A stretch of DNA of 35,327 bases, taken from the NCBI GenBank assembly GCA_039802265.1, contig JBDRWI010000020.1, forward strand, positions 1 to 35,327, written 5' to 3'. Made by a program: the position numbers and the translations under genes. Origin of the DNA: a candidate division WOR-3 bacterium. Its GTDB lineage: Bacteria > Hydrothermota > Tepidihabitantia > SM23-42 > JAOAFX01. Each line of letters opens with the position of its first letter. The first letter of the stretch is position 1. Positions 8,090 to 17,564 of the stretch are shown piece by piece. Below the pieces are notes generated by a model. The model did not search any database. It was not told the origin of the DNA and worked only from the letters and a program-made list of their open reading frames with translations.

Positions 8090-10012
8090 CTAAAAGTCAA
8101 TTCCTATTGACAATTCGGTTTTTAATAATGGCTCTAAGGGTGGTTTCTGACGCCAGACTTTCTTGTTTACACCAATCAGTTCCGAATATCTATCCTTTCC
8201 TTCTCCATCTAAGAAAATACCAATTGTCTTTATAAAATCTCTCAAACTTCCTCTGCTCGCTGTGCTTGCATTGCCAAGAATTATTCCACCATGCGTTATG
8301 TATTCATCGTTTCCTTTTAGATCAATAAATAATCCCATTCCATTGGCGTTACCTGCGCCGAGGCTCAAATTGGGTGCATCGTAAAAGTCATTTCCTTCAT
8401 AGTCAAAAAGAACACCAAGTGTAAAATCATGGCCAGCTCCGATTGCCATATTTTTGGTTGCTGTATACTTGTCGTTTCCTGATGAGTCAAGTAAGGCTCC
8501 TATGGCAAAATGCGCGCCTGAGCCTTGAACATACCACACACCGTTATATTCATCATCTCCGCCATAATCAACTAAAAATCCTGAGCCAAACCAGTAGCCA
8601 CATCCCTGACCAAAAACACCACAGGAGTATTTATCGTTTCCGGCACCGTCAATAAGCATACCAACCCCACCTGCCAGGGAATGTCCATCTGTATAATCTG
8701 CCCTTATTCCAAAACCCATACCCTGACTCAGACTTGTATTATGTTCTGAAGTCTGAGCTGATGGATATTTAACTGTATCATCACGGGCGATATATGTATC
8801 ATTACCTTCTCTATCAATTAGTAAACCAGTACCTTTTACAAATCCGAAACCCTGACATCCCTCAAATCCTGTATATTTATCGTTTCCGGAAATATCTGAG
8901 AGAATACCGGTTCCAAAAAGCCCTGCGCCCTCACCATATCTATCTGTAATGTATTCATCATCGCCCGCAAAATCTACAATTATTCCTTGACCAAATATTC
9001 CTGTACCCAAGCCGAATGCCTCCGCACGATAAAAATCATTTCCATCGCAGTCAATTACAATACCAAAGCCTGCTATTCCTGTGCCACAGCCAATATTACC
9101 TTCGTATCTATCGTCGCCATAGTAATCAATGATGATTGAAACTGGATTATCTTTGTTTGATACGCCGCCTGACCTGTATGTATCACTGCCACCAAAATCA
9201 ATTACCAACAGATAGGGGAGAGGTTCATAATTGTCATCGTCAATTGAACTTATGACAATTACTCCATACTTTGTATCAATGCGTAGAGTCTTTGTATATT
9301 CTGCATTTCTCATTAAATCCAGTGCAGTTTGCAAAACATAGGCTAAATCCATGGCGCCTGCAGAAAGCGACTTAAAGTCGGTTTGCTGAATTAAACTGTC
9401 AATATTTGAATTTGATAGTCCATCTTCCCCAGATTCAATTAGCTGATTTACTATTTTCTCAATTTCTTCTTTTGATAAATTTTTGTTTGCCCTATCAATC
9501 CATTCAATAGAGCTTTTGAATTCAGTGAGTATTAAGAAAAGTCCTATTCTTACAGCTTCAGGAATTCCATTAATTGGTACACTATCACACTTGTAAAAAT
9601 CTCTTAAGAGATCTGCCAGGGCTGTATTAAGAGTATCGCTTCTGGGCAGAGTTTTGAGCAAGGTTTCTTCCGGTCTATCAATCAAGCCTCTCCTTACTCC
9701 TTCATCTATTCTTGCCCACGGGAAATAACTTATTGCCCAGAGGGAATCTGCATTATTTAGAATTGTGCGTGAGAGCGTCCTGATAAACGGGTCAATATCC
9801 AGGGGATTATCAATCAAACGATCGAATAGTTTCGTGCGAAACTTACCATAACCATAAAATTCTAAGTCTTTCTTTTCAATCTTCAAATCTTCTAAAGAAA
9901 TCTTCATTGTGTTTGCAACTTTGTTCATTATGCTTTCAATATCGGTCTGACCAAAGAGCAAGAAAAAATTGCAGATAATTGCCAGAATTAGTTTAAATTT
10001 TGCGTTCTCCAT
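8090..10012 (-). CDS. Secreted protein with 12 DxxGxDxY Gly-rich repeats, function unknown (start reassigned to ATG 10012)
   Basis: SD AAAGGAG before ATG 10012; signal-like MENAKFKLILAIICNFFLLFG; repeats such as DCDGNDFY, DISGNDKY, DREGNDTY. Confidence 0.8.
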   Translation of the reverse strand: MENAKFKLILAIICNFFLLFGQTDIESIMNKVANTMKISLEDLKIEKKDLEFYGYGKFRTKLFDRLIDNPLDIDPFIRTLSRTILNNADSLWAISYFPWARIDEGVRRGLIDRPEETLLKTLPRSDTLNTALADLLRDFYKCDSVPINGIPEAVRIGLFLILTEFKSSIEWIDRANKNLSKEEIEKIVNQLIESGEDGLSNSNIDSLIQQTDFKSLSAGAMDLAYVLQTALDLMRNAEYTKTLRIDTKYGVIVISSIDDDNYEPLPYLLVIDFGGSDTYRSGGVSNKDNPVSIIIDYYGDDRYEGNIGCGTGIAGFGIVIDCDGNDFYRAEAFGLGTGIFGQGIIVDFAGDDEYITDRYGEGAGLFGTGILSDISGNDKYTGFEGCQGFGFVKGTGLLIDREGNDTYIARDDTVKYPSAQTSEHNTSLSQGMGFGIRADYTDGHSLAGGVGMLIDGAGNDKYSCGVFGQGCGYWFGSGFLVDYGGDDEYNGVWYVQGSGAHFAIGALLDSSGNDKYTATKNMAIGAGHDFTLGVLFDYEGNDFYDAPNLSLGAGNANGMGLFIDLKGNDEYITHGGIILGNASTASRGSLRDFIKTIGIFLDGEGKDRYSELIGVNKKVWRQKPPLEPLLKTELSIGIDF

Positions 10013-10074
10013 TTTTACTCCTTTCCAATCGCAGATAATGGACAAATCATAGGTTGTCAGAAAATATTCTGAAA

Positions 10075-10713
10075 TTATAATGAAAATTTTCTCTTTATCA
10101 AGGGGATTAATTCGGCGATTTTTTTTATACTCAATTTAGTCTGCATTTTGTAACCTATAAAAGTACATTGCGCACTCTTTGCTGTCTTTAAATCCGTTGG
10201 TGTATCGCCAATAAATACTATTTCATTTGTTTTTACCTTCAATTTTTTACATGCCTTTAACAACATTTCCGGATCAGGTTTGGGCCTTTTTACATCGTCG
10301 GCAGTGACAATGATATCAATCAAATCACTCAAGTCGGATTTTCTTATCTCAAGTTTGGTTATGTTTTTATGAGAATTAGTAATACAGCCGATTTTCAAAC
10401 CGGACTTTTTGAGTTTCTTCAGTACAGCTTCTGCTTCAGGATTTACTTTCATATAGTTAATAAATTTAGAAAAGTTTTCTGAAAAGTATTTGACAACATC
10501 ACTGAGTTTGACTTCAGGCATAAATATTTGCACATCTTCTTCAGTGCTCTGTCCCCAGTTTTGAGCAAAGGTTTTTAAGTTTATAGGTTGGTAACCGAAA
10601 TGTTTTAATGTCTGATTGAATAAATGGTACCATACCTTGTAGGTGTCAACGAGCACACCATCAAGGTCAAAGAGGATTGCCTTGATTTTCATTTTTTTCT
10701 TTTCTTTTTTCAT
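10075..10713 (-). CDS. HAD-family hydrolase (phosphoglycolate/pyrophosphatase-like)
   Basis: Motif I FDLDGVLVD, ITNS, KPKPDP, FIGD. Confidence 0.88.
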   Translation of the reverse strand: MKKEKKKMKIKAILFDLDGVLVDTYKVWYHLFNQTLKHFGYQPINLKTFAQNWGQSTEEDVQIFMPEVKLSDVVKYFSENFSKFINYMKVNPEAEAVLKKLKKSGLKIGCITNSHKNITKLEIRKSDLSDLIDIIVTADDVKRPKPDPEMLLKACKKLKVKTNEIVFIGDTPTDLKTAKSAQCTFIGYKMQTKLSIKKIAELIPLIKRKFSL

Positions 10714-10721
10714 AACTGACC

Positions 10722-10749
10722 ATTCTATGCTTTATTAGTATCAAGTCAA
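10722..10749 (-). promoter_or_regulatory. Promoter of HAD gene (near-leaderless)
   Basis: TTGACT - 16 bp - TAGAAT - 8 nt - ATG. Confidence 0.65.
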
Positions 10750-10753
10750 GTAC

Positions 10754-10781
10754 TTGATTATTTTCAATTTTTGGATAACAT
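10754..10781 (+). promoter_or_regulatory. Promoter of ABC exporter operon (leaderless)
   Basis: TTGATT - 16 bp - TAACAT - 7 nt - ATG 10789; back-to-back with the HAD promoter. Confidence 0.55.
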
Positions 10782-10788
10782 AAAAAAT

Positions 10789-11769
10789 ATGGCAAACGAT
10801 ATAATCATCAGGAATTTAACCAAAATCTTTAGAAAACACCATACTGAAGTTCGGGCAGTTAACAATGCGAGTTTTGAGATTAAAGATGGCGAACTCTTTG
10901 GGCTTTTAGGACCGAACGGAGCAGGTAAGACAACGCTGATAAAATGTATTTCGACGCTGTTGATTCCGGATGGCGGAACGGCAATTGTGGGCGGGTGTGA
11001 TGTTTTGAAAGACCCATTGGGTGTAAGGAAAAAAATTGGTGTACTCACGGGCGGAGAAAGGTCATTATACTGGAAATTGAGTGCTTTGGATAATCTGAAG
11101 TATTTTGCGGCGCTCTATGGTGTGCCCAAAAATAAAGTAAAAGAAAGGATTGATTTTTTGCTGGAACTTATGGATTTAAAGGAAAGGGCAAATGAAAATG
11201 TGGAAAAATTCTCAAGTGGTATGAAGCAGAAAATGGCGATTGCCCGTGCCTTGATCCATGACCCACCGATTTTGTTGATTGATGAACCGACGCTCGGCTT
11301 AGACCCTTATTTTGCAAGGTTTATCAGGCAATTTATCAAAGAAGAACTCTCACATAAATTGAAAAAGACAATTTTGTTGACCACCCATTATATGGATGAG
11401 GCGGATGAGTTGTGTGATAGGGTAGCATTTATGAATCGGGGAAAGATAGATGCAATTGATACACCTTCAGCACTAAAAAAGGCGATGCCACAGGAACAGA
11501 TTTTAGAACTGAAATGTCTGGGTGATTTGAATAAAGAAGATTTTGTTCAGATAAAAGAGGCGGTGAGTTTGAATGTATCAAAACAGGATGGCTACCATTA
11601 TGTCCGTGTGAATACCGACAATCCTGAATTGTTATTGAGTAAACTTGTGGAATTGATTCGAGATAAGGCAAAGGTTCTATCAGTCAATGTAACATCGCCG
11701 ACCCTTGAAGATGTGTTTGTCTATCTCACCGGTGCGAGTTTGAAGGAGAGCCAGGATGAGGGATACTAG
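10789..11769 (+). CDS. ABC-2 (DrrA-like) exporter ATP-binding protein (start reassigned to ATG 10789)
   Basis: GPNGAGKTT, FSSGMKQK, LLIDEPTLGLD, TTHYMDEAD, C-terminal PTLEDVF. Confidence 0.92.
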   Translation: MANDIIIRNLTKIFRKHHTEVRAVNNASFEIKDGELFGLLGPNGAGKTTLIKCISTLLIPDGGTAIVGGCDVLKDPLGVRKKIGVLTGGERSLYWKLSALDNLKYFAALYGVPKNKVKERIDFLLELMDLKERANENVEKFSSGMKQKMAIARALIHDPPILLIDEPTLGLDPYFARFIRQFIKEELSHKLKKTILLTTHYMDEADELCDRVAFMNRGKIDAIDTPSALKKAMPQEQILELKCLGDLNKEDFVQIKEAVSLNVSKQDGYHYVRVNTDNPELLLSKLVELIRDKAKVLSVNVTSPTLEDVFVYLTGASLKESQDEGY

Positions 11770-11851
11770 GAAATGGTTGTTGGTTTATAGGTGTGGATGC
11801 TGGTATGGTAATTGGGATTGGTTATTTGATAAATTAGAATTTAAAAATTGT

Positions 11852-11879
11852 TTGGGATTTGGTAGTTGGGATTTGGGAT
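11852..11879 (+). repeat. Four tandem 7-mers (TTGGGAT-like)
   Basis: TTGGGAT TTGGTAG TTGGGAT TTGGGAT. Confidence 0.75.
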
Positions 11880-11886
11880 TTAATAC

Positions 11887-12690
11887 ATGAATGTCATCTT
11901 TGCTGAATTAAGAAAGAGCTACAAAATCCTTCTTGCCTATCCGATTGAGATTGTTTTCTGGATATTTTCGCCACTCTTATGGGCAATTCCCTTGATTTTT
12001 CAGGGAAAGGCATTGATTGGCGGTTTGAGCAGTGAAAACTTTGGGGTGGTTGCGGGCACAACCGAGTTCATTCCTTATGTCTTAATCGGAGCGATAATCA
12101 GCACCTATATGGGTTCTTCGGTATGGAGTATGGGATTTGCAATGCGTGATGAGACATATTATGGGACACTTGAACATATTTTGTCAGCACCAGTGAAACC
12201 AGTTTACATTTTACTGGGCAAGGCAATATTCAATTCCCTTCTTGCTACAACCTATGTTATCATTCAACTGGGGATATGCGTGATAATCTTTGGTTTGCAG
12301 GTTACTTTGTACAAAATTCTACCGATTGTCTTCTTTTTGATTCTTTTAATTGCCGGTCTTTATGGGATTGGATTTGCCGCTGCAGGATTGACTCTGCTCG
12401 TCAAAGAGGCACATGGTCTACTACATTTATTTGAATATGTATTATTCTTATTCTCGCCAATTCGCTACCCAGTAGAGATAAATCCGATAACCAGGGTAAT
12501 AAGCGTATTCATTCCCTTAACCTATGCCCTGATTGCCTTGCGCGGTCTGTTATTGAATATTGAATTCAATTTCTGGAAGAATAGTCTCGTCCTCATTGTA
12601 ATTGATTTGATAATAATTCCCCTTGGACTTTACATCTTCAACTGGGTGGATAGATATACGAGGCTGAAAGGAACTCTGGCGGAGTATTGA
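11887..12690 (+). CDS. ABC-2 type permease
   Basis: About six TM segments; RDETYYGTLEHILSAP, FSPIRYP, IPLTY motifs. Confidence 0.88.
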   Translation: MNVIFAELRKSYKILLAYPIEIVFWIFSPLLWAIPLIFQGKALIGGLSSENFGVVAGTTEFIPYVLIGAIISTYMGSSVWSMGFAMRDETYYGTLEHILSAPVKPVYILLGKAIFNSLLATTYVIIQLGICVIIFGLQVTLYKILPIVFFLILLIAGLYGIGFAAAGLTLLVKEAHGLLHLFEYVLFLFSPIRYPVEINPITRVISVFIPLTYALIALRGLLLNIEFNFWKNSLVLIVIDLIIIPLGLYIFNWVDRYTRLKGTLAEY

Positions 12691-12709
12691 AAAATGCAGA
12701 ATAATTATA

Positions 12710-12800
12710 CTCGCAGTATCGTCCGCCACAATTTATGGCGGACTTGCAGGATCGCTGCGCTTGCAGTATCGTTCCAACGATGTTGGAACTCGCAATTATG
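12710..12800. repeat. Mini-array of four 12-nt repeats (CTYGCAGKATCG) separated by spacers, two of them palindromic
   Basis: CTCGCAGTATCG 12710, CTTGCAGGATCG 12743, CTTGCAGTATCG 12760, CTCGCAATTATG 12789; hairpins GTCCGCCA-CAATTTA-TGGCGGAC and GTTCCAAC-GAT-GTTGGAAC. Confidence 0.75.
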
Positions 12801-13631
12801 ATTAGAATCCTCCATTACCTGCGGGCAATCAATGCGGAGAATATTAAAGAGTGGAAGATTGAGTTGAAATATAAGCCTGATTTTATCAGGCAATTTTTCG
12901 AACCGTTTGTCTATCTCTTTCCGTATTTTCTTTACGGTTTTGCACTCTTGGGTGGTCGTAATTCTGAACATTTAAAATCAATAACCGGCATCAGTGATAT
13001 ATTCGCTTACACATTTGTTGGTTATTTGATTATGGGATTTTTGAATACCGCATGCTGGGCAATGGGTGCATCATTGAGAAAAGAACAGTGGTATGGAACA
13101 CTGGAGACAATTTTTGTTGCTCCAGTGCCACGCTGGGTATATGTAGCAGGCATGGCTTTGCATTCAACATTACATCAAGGATTGATAATGCTCATTGAGG
13201 CAATCGTTGTAGTATTTATCTTCAAGATATTTTTCAATATCAGCGGAATGTTGCCAGGGTTGATTTTATTAATGCTGATGATATCAACCCTTTATGGCCT
13301 TGGTATTCTTGTTGCCGGTTTAACAATCGGTCTAAAACAATGGTGGGTGATAAGTGATGCGGTATCAACCCTGATAAATATAATTACACCGATTGCCTAT
13401 CCACTTGCAATCTTGCCTATGTTTTTGCAGAAGATTGCCCTTGTTCTGCCCACGACTTATGGCGTGATGGGCATAAGGCATTTTTTGATTGGTGAACATA
13501 TTCCCATAGGTATTCCAGCGATATTCTTGCGTCTCGCAATAATGCTCGTTATCTGGATAAGTTTTGGTTTAGGTATTTTCTTACTTATGGATAGATACGG
13601 CAGAAAAAAGGGTGTGCTTGCGATTTATTAA
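12798..13631 (+). CDS. Second ABC-2 type permease (start probably ATG 12798)
   Basis: Paralogous to 11887-12690 (RKEQWYGTLETIFVAP, PIAYP, LPTTY, C-terminal DRY.R.KG.LA.Y). The upstream extension is translated repeat DNA. Confidence 0.85.
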   Translation: MIRILHYLRAINAENIKEWKIELKYKPDFIRQFFEPFVYLFPYFLYGFALLGGRNSEHLKSITGISDIFAYTFVGYLIMGFLNTACWAMGASLRKEQWYGTLETIFVAPVPRWVYVAGMALHSTLHQGLIMLIEAIVVVFIFKIFFNISGMLPGLILLMLMISTLYGLGILVAGLTIGLKQWWVISDAVSTLINIITPIAYPLAILPMFLQKIALVLPTTYGVMGIRHFLIGEHIPIGIPAIFLRLAIMLVIWISFGLGIFLLMDRYGRKKGVLAIY

Positions 13632-13720
13632 TTTTCTGTACCACCACTTCGCAGTGGGGAGTAGTTGGGGAAATTTTAGATTTGCATAATTATCGCGATT
13701 GGAAACCGTTTCTACGGATT

Positions 13721-15946
13721 TTATTTTATCTTTATTATCTTGTTTTTTATAACTTTGTCAGGCGTATTTAACACCACAAAGTAAATTCCTGATTTTAGTT
13801 TTTCTCCAATGGTTATTTCTTTCTTGTGCTTCACCATTTTGTGTATAATCCTTTCTCCGAGAGTGTTATAAACCGATATTTCACAGGGGACTCCAATTTC
13901 AGTTAAATTGATATGTAATCCTTTGCTGAATATATTTTCTTTGATCAATGGATTATGCGTAATCAAATAGTGTTTTTCTTCAATCCCAACCGGGTTGACA
14001 ACCACACTGACAATTATCTGTGGACCAAATAAGACGCCATTCCTTTCAAATCTGAAGGTATCTACAATCGTTGCCTGGCTTGGTACACTCGGTGCGTGGA
14101 ATTTCGCATAATTATAGAAGACCTGACCGGGCAATCCCCAGAATCCGGATATTTTTGCGCGGGTCGTATCCTTCCAGAATGCAGGATAATAAAATGGACT
14201 ATTACCGGTCCCTTTGAGATAAACAAGGGTATCAAATGGACCATATCCGGTATTTTGGATGTGGATTGATACCGTGAATGTATCAAGAGAATTCACAGTT
14301 GATGGATATGTTAAGCTCTGTATGCTACAATCATAGGTATTATAATCTTCAGGATTATTTATTACTGTGTATGGTATATATACCCAGCCCCGTGGTTGAT
14401 TCGTGAGTTGTAAATGTATCCTTGCCCAGTCACCATAAAAGGAATCAGCAACAAAGACCTGACCATTTGCAACCTGGGTGATTACTGGATATGATTCACC
14501 CGGACCTACATGGACATTAACCAAACTTGAATTTATACGCAGGATTGTATTCCTTGTTGTTCCTTTCATATATTGCAAATTAGTTCCATCACCACCTGAC
14601 ATCCAGGCATAATAAGGACCGCTTGCGGATGGGAAATAGACCTTATACCAGTAAACACCTTGATTATAGAAGTAATCAAATGATACAAATCTCGTGCCCA
14701 GTCTTGCCTCAGTGATTATGCGATAATTCGTTCCCGGACCATCACGGACATTAAGGCTGTCAATATTTACTTCAACAGTCCAGTGTCTGGTTGGTGGTTC
14801 AATCCAGAACCTCCTTCTTATTGCATTCCAGATATGGTCATAACTGCGGTCATATCCTAAGGCCCAGCAACCTGCACCCTGTAATGTAGAATCATTTACC
14901 ATTCCAAATTTAATATCAAGTGATACCGAATCATCATACCAGCACTGGTGCCAGCCACCTGAATTATAACGATACCAGGGTGTCTGGGAATAATTGTCCC
15001 ATAATCTGCCATAGGTATTTGCATTCTGAAAGGCGTAATAGTAAATCACTGCAGAACCTGTGCCAGTTGTAGAACTACCGATATCACCTGAAACCGTGGG
15101 CCAGTCATAGCCATAGTAGGGAAGACCCAGGATTATTTTTGAACCAGACACGCCATATGCTTTATAACTACCGATAGATTTTGCCACACAATACTGTCCC
15201 CAGAATGAAGAAGGAACGCAGGGTGATACAGGTCCGGCAACACTTGAGCCACTCCAGTGATAATCATAAGCCATAATAAATAAACCATCAGAATGCGAAC
15301 CAAGATAAGCAAAATCATAACCTGGATACCATTCAGGGACTGCCGGCGTTGCCATATATAATTCTTTTCTGCCATTGGGATGGTTCCATAAGGCGTATGC
15401 TAAATCGTTTATGAATCGATTGAAACTATCCCTTACCGCACTTGTGACGAATTCAAAATCAATATTTGCACCCTCACAGCCGTAATTGGTCATAAAATTG
15501 CTTATGTTATTTATCGCATTATTCCGCGCTGATGCGTTATTGAGGAAATTTGCGACATTCGTATTACCGAAGATCGTAAATGTCATATGAATCCTTACAC
15601 CACGGGGATGGGCATAATCACGGATTTCATAAAATCTCGTAGGGTTTGGTATGCTGCCTAAACTACCATCAGAAGGATTTATACCTACAGAAAAATAAGA
15701 TATATGTGTCAACAATTCAAATTGGAAATATTGGTAATACGCCTCATCTATCCAGTATGGCAAGTAACCATAGTAGTTTTTTAACAAACCCCTTGTGTTT
15801 GGTTCAAAAGGCACATAGGGTAATTTTACAGATGAAACCGCTGTCCATATCGCATTTGTTCTGTGTATGTCGTATTCAATTTGATGAATTGACTTTAAAT
15901 CCATTGCATGATAAAGCAAAATACTGATAGTAATAAAAAAGGGCAT
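13721..15946 (-). CDS. Secreted GH18 glycoside hydrolase with two SH3b-like domains, Ig-like domain and T9SS-type CTD
   Basis: YGYLPYW, EGANIDFE catalytic motif, FIMAYDYHW, LGLPYYGYDW, GCWALG; NVRDGPGTNY and NVHVGPGESY SH3 motifs; VYNTLG...SGIYFV...KIIKIK; SD AAGGAGG. Confidence 0.88.
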   Translation of the reverse strand: MPFFITISILLYHAMDLKSIHQIEYDIHRTNAIWTAVSSVKLPYVPFEPNTRGLLKNYYGYLPYWIDEAYYQYFQFELLTHISYFSVGINPSDGSLGSIPNPTRFYEIRDYAHPRGVRIHMTFTIFGNTNVANFLNNASARNNAINNISNFMTNYGCEGANIDFEFVTSAVRDSFNRFINDLAYALWNHPNGRKELYMATPAVPEWYPGYDFAYLGSHSDGLFIMAYDYHWSGSSVAGPVSPCVPSSFWGQYCVAKSIGSYKAYGVSGSKIILGLPYYGYDWPTVSGDIGSSTTGTGSAVIYYYAFQNANTYGRLWDNYSQTPWYRYNSGGWHQCWYDDSVSLDIKFGMVNDSTLQGAGCWALGYDRSYDHIWNAIRRRFWIEPPTRHWTVEVNIDSLNVRDGPGTNYRIITEARLGTRFVSFDYFYNQGVYWYKVYFPSASGPYYAWMSGGDGTNLQYMKGTTRNTILRINSSLVNVHVGPGESYPVITQVANGQVFVADSFYGDWARIHLQLTNQPRGWVYIPYTVINNPEDYNTYDCSIQSLTYPSTVNSLDTFTVSIHIQNTGYGPFDTLVYLKGTGNSPFYYPAFWKDTTRAKISGFWGLPGQVFYNYAKFHAPSVPSQATIVDTFRFERNGVLFGPQIIVSVVVNPVGIEEKHYLITHNPLIKENIFSKGLHINLTEIGVPCEISVYNTLGERIIHKMVKHKKEITIGEKLKSGIYFVVLNTPDKVIKNKIIKIK

Positions 15947-15956
15947 AACGGCCTCC

Positions 15957-16259
15957 TTATTTTTTTTCTAAATAAATTCTTCGCGCCACCAAAAATATTG
16001 TAGCAATAAATATCAAAAGAATTATTATTAGAATGAGTAGTACATAATTAATCGTTGCACCTACCGTCGGAATTATTCTTGATACAGGTTTTTTTTCTAA
16101 ATTTTTTTTGATTTTTATTTTTTTATTCATTGAATCAACTTTGTACTGTTCTGATTCTAATTGGTGGATAGATTTGAAATTGGTATCAGGTTGAGCAGGC
16201 GCAATAAAATCAGGACCACACGAAAATGAAAGATAAATTAGAGATATCAGCGCCATCAT
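15957..16259 (-). CDS. Small membrane-anchored hypothetical protein (100 aa) with KSIHQLE motif
   Basis: Leaderless ATG 16259; N-terminal hydrophobic stretch ending SFSC, C-terminal TM helix and basic tail; 10 nt upstream of GH18 gene. Confidence 0.7.
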   Translation of the reverse strand: MMALISLIYLSFSCGPDFIAPAQPDTNFKSIHQLESEQYKVDSMNKKIKIKKNLEKKPVSRIIPTVGATINYVLLILIIILLIFIATIFLVARRIYLEKK

Positions 16260-16265
16260 TAGCAA

Positions 16266-16293
16266 ATTATAATGAAAATATGGTCTCTGTCAA
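16266..16293 (-). promoter_or_regulatory. Promoter of small ORF-GH18 operon (leaderless)
   Basis: TTGACA - 16 bp - TATAAT - 6 nt - ATG. Confidence 0.8.
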
Positions 16294-16379
16294 GTTTAAT
16301 AATTTACATAAGTTACGGAATCACCCTGAAAAGGTATTTTTTGAAACATTTTTCTAATTCAAAGATGACAGGGTGAGAT

Positions 16380-17564
16380 TCACAATAAGTTTATAACGGC
16401 AATAAGTATGGCGATTCCTAAAATTATTAATGCGGGAGAAACCAAATATCTTAGAGTTCCTTTTAAATCTGTAGAAAAATATTCACAGGTGACGCTGAGG
16501 CAAGGATGGACGGGTGATATAACATAGCCAAAAAATATGCCGGTGTAAATCAGAGCGAAATTCAGAAGCGTGATACTATTTGATAAAAGAAATATCGGGA
16601 ATATTATTGATGATGGCAGGAGTATCCTTCCTGTCGCTACCCCTAAAATGAATCCCGAAATAATGCATAATAGAAGTGGTGGGAAAGGAATTTTTGCAAT
16701 TAACTTGTCAATTCCTGAGGCCTTAAAAATATTCAAAAAATAAAAAAGCCCTATAATAATAAAAGAAAATCGGTAAGGCTTCATTTTGGTATAAATCTGT
16801 CTTATATCTACTTTTACAGGACTTGAGATAATAGAAAGGACAAAACCAGTTATCACTCCTAATAATGTTCCAATTTCTTTCGTAGAAAAAATCTTGAAGT
16901 TGCGAAAGGTAAAATCTAAAATAGGAGCAACAAGAATGATTATCAAAGGTATTAAGAGATTTTTATGCGAAAACTCTTCAGTATATGAAATTTTGCCTTT
17001 AACTTTATTCAGGAAAAATATCTGTCCGAGTATTGCTGCAATAATTAGAGTGGGAGAGAGGTAGAGAATTGCATGGTATATATTCAAACCGGCTATATTT
17101 GTTGTAGCAATTAAATCTGAACTCAATGGGTAGATGAGAATTAGAAGGTGTCGGTACCATATATTTATTGCAACCTTCAAGTCGTCATTAACTCCTTCGC
17201 CACTTTTTTCCATTATTGGGGCTGAAAATAGGGCACCACCGGGCATTGGCAACAATCCCATTATTGCCGGTGCCACCGCCATAATCCCCCTTTTACCAAT
17301 TCTTAAATTTTTCACAATATTATCCATCTGTCCGGTTTCACGCATTACACCACCAATCATCGGAATAAAAAATACTACAAATGCCAAAAGAATGACTGGA
17401 GTGTCTGCAATTGTATTTATAAATATTTTTATAATATAAAACAGCGGAAGTGTAAATAATCCAAGTAAAACACTGCCCGCGAAAAGTGCTAAGGGCAAAT
17501 TTTTTTGTCCCATGATTACTATGACAGCAAAGGCAATTACAAACCCAGTGATGGTCAGGGTCAT
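16380..17564 (-). CDS. DUF401-family polytopic membrane protein
   Basis: PAIMGLLPMPGGALFSAP, NIWYRH, SPVHPCL..T.EYF motifs; about 10 TM segments. Confidence 0.8.
   Translation of the reverse strand: MTLTITGFVIAFAVIVIMGQKNLPLALFAGSVLLGLFTLPLFYIIKIFINTIADTPVILLAFVVFFIPMIGGVMRETGQMDNIVKNLRIGKRGIMAVAPAIMGLLPMPGGALFSAPIMEKSGEGVNDDLKVAINIWYRHLLILIYPLSSDLIATTNIAGLNIYHAILYLSPTLIIAAILGQIFFLNKVKGKISYTEEFSHKNLLIPLIIILVAPILDFTFRNFKIFSTKEIGTLLGVITGFVLSIISSPVKVDIRQIYTKMKPYRFSFIIIGLFYFLNIFKASGIDKLIAKIPFPPLLLCIISGFILGVATGRILLPSSIIFPIFLLSNSITLLNFALIYTGIFFGYVISPVHPCLSVTCEYFSTDLKGTLRYLVSPALIILGIAILIAVINLL

Noticed and set aside
12710..12800. CRISPR array
   Set aside because: Repeats are only 12 nt, spacers are 5-21 nt and self-complementary, and no cas genes are present.
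13640..16378. REP-like remnants at 13640-13720 (GGAAACCGTTTCTAC) and 16321-16376 (TCACCCTG...CAGGGTGA)
   Set aside because: Short, single and degenerate; cannot be distinguished from terminator remnants or chance without a genome-wide search.
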